DNA of 33,104 nucleotides from Octopus sinensis (lineage: Eukaryota): assembly GCF_006345805.1 (NCBI RefSeq), contig NW_021832112.1:1-33104 (forward strand), read 5' to 3'. This document shows positions 33,039-33,104 of this stretch, piece after piece. Positions within the stretch are counted from its first letter, which is position 1, and each line of letters begins with the position of its first letter. The position numbers were made by a program, and so were the translations under genes. A model generated the notes under the pieces. The model did not search any database, was not told the origin of the DNA, and saw only the letters and a list, made by a program, of their open reading frames with translations.

Positions 33039-33104
33039 TATGTATTGATTATGAAATATATTAGTGATAAACAACAATAAAAACAAGCACAACAAAACAG
33101 AATA

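Noticed and set aside
1-33104. CRISPR arrays, operons or other prokaryotic systems
   Set aside because: The sequence is clearly eukaryotic; no repeat-spacer array is present, and the periodic elements are microsatellites or TE-derived.

Overview
Animal genomic DNA, AT-rich and saturated with microsatellites and short repeats. The tRNA-headed SINE families and the repeat style suggest an octopod cephalopod (Octopus); this is an inference from recalled repeat families, not a search. One protein-coding exon is supportable: a SKOR/fussel/CORL-family co-repressor on the + strand (ATG 30976, splice donor after 31973). It has a ~297-aa homopolymer-rich N-terminus followed by the start of the Ski/Sno/Dac homology domain, and the rest of the gene lies beyond the window. 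The other ~30 kb is upstream DNA containing three tRNA-derived SINE families, a fourth short repeat family, two 3' fragments of an R4/Dong-type LINE, mariner-derived MITEs (one nested in another MITE) and simple repeats. Nearly all tracked ORFs are microsatellite translations. The most interesting signal is not in the ORF track: an apparently intact type I hammerhead ribozyme on the - strand (27752-27814). It sits inside a 566-bp non-coding unit with ~142-bp terminal direct repeats, resembling a Penelope-like partial tandem or a retrozyme. Several more hammerhead motifs of unrelated sequence, in progressively decayed states, occur at 2278, 10198, 7871, 6449 and 8581, mostly abutting TA-rich microsatellites. 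All folds and alignments were done by eye.
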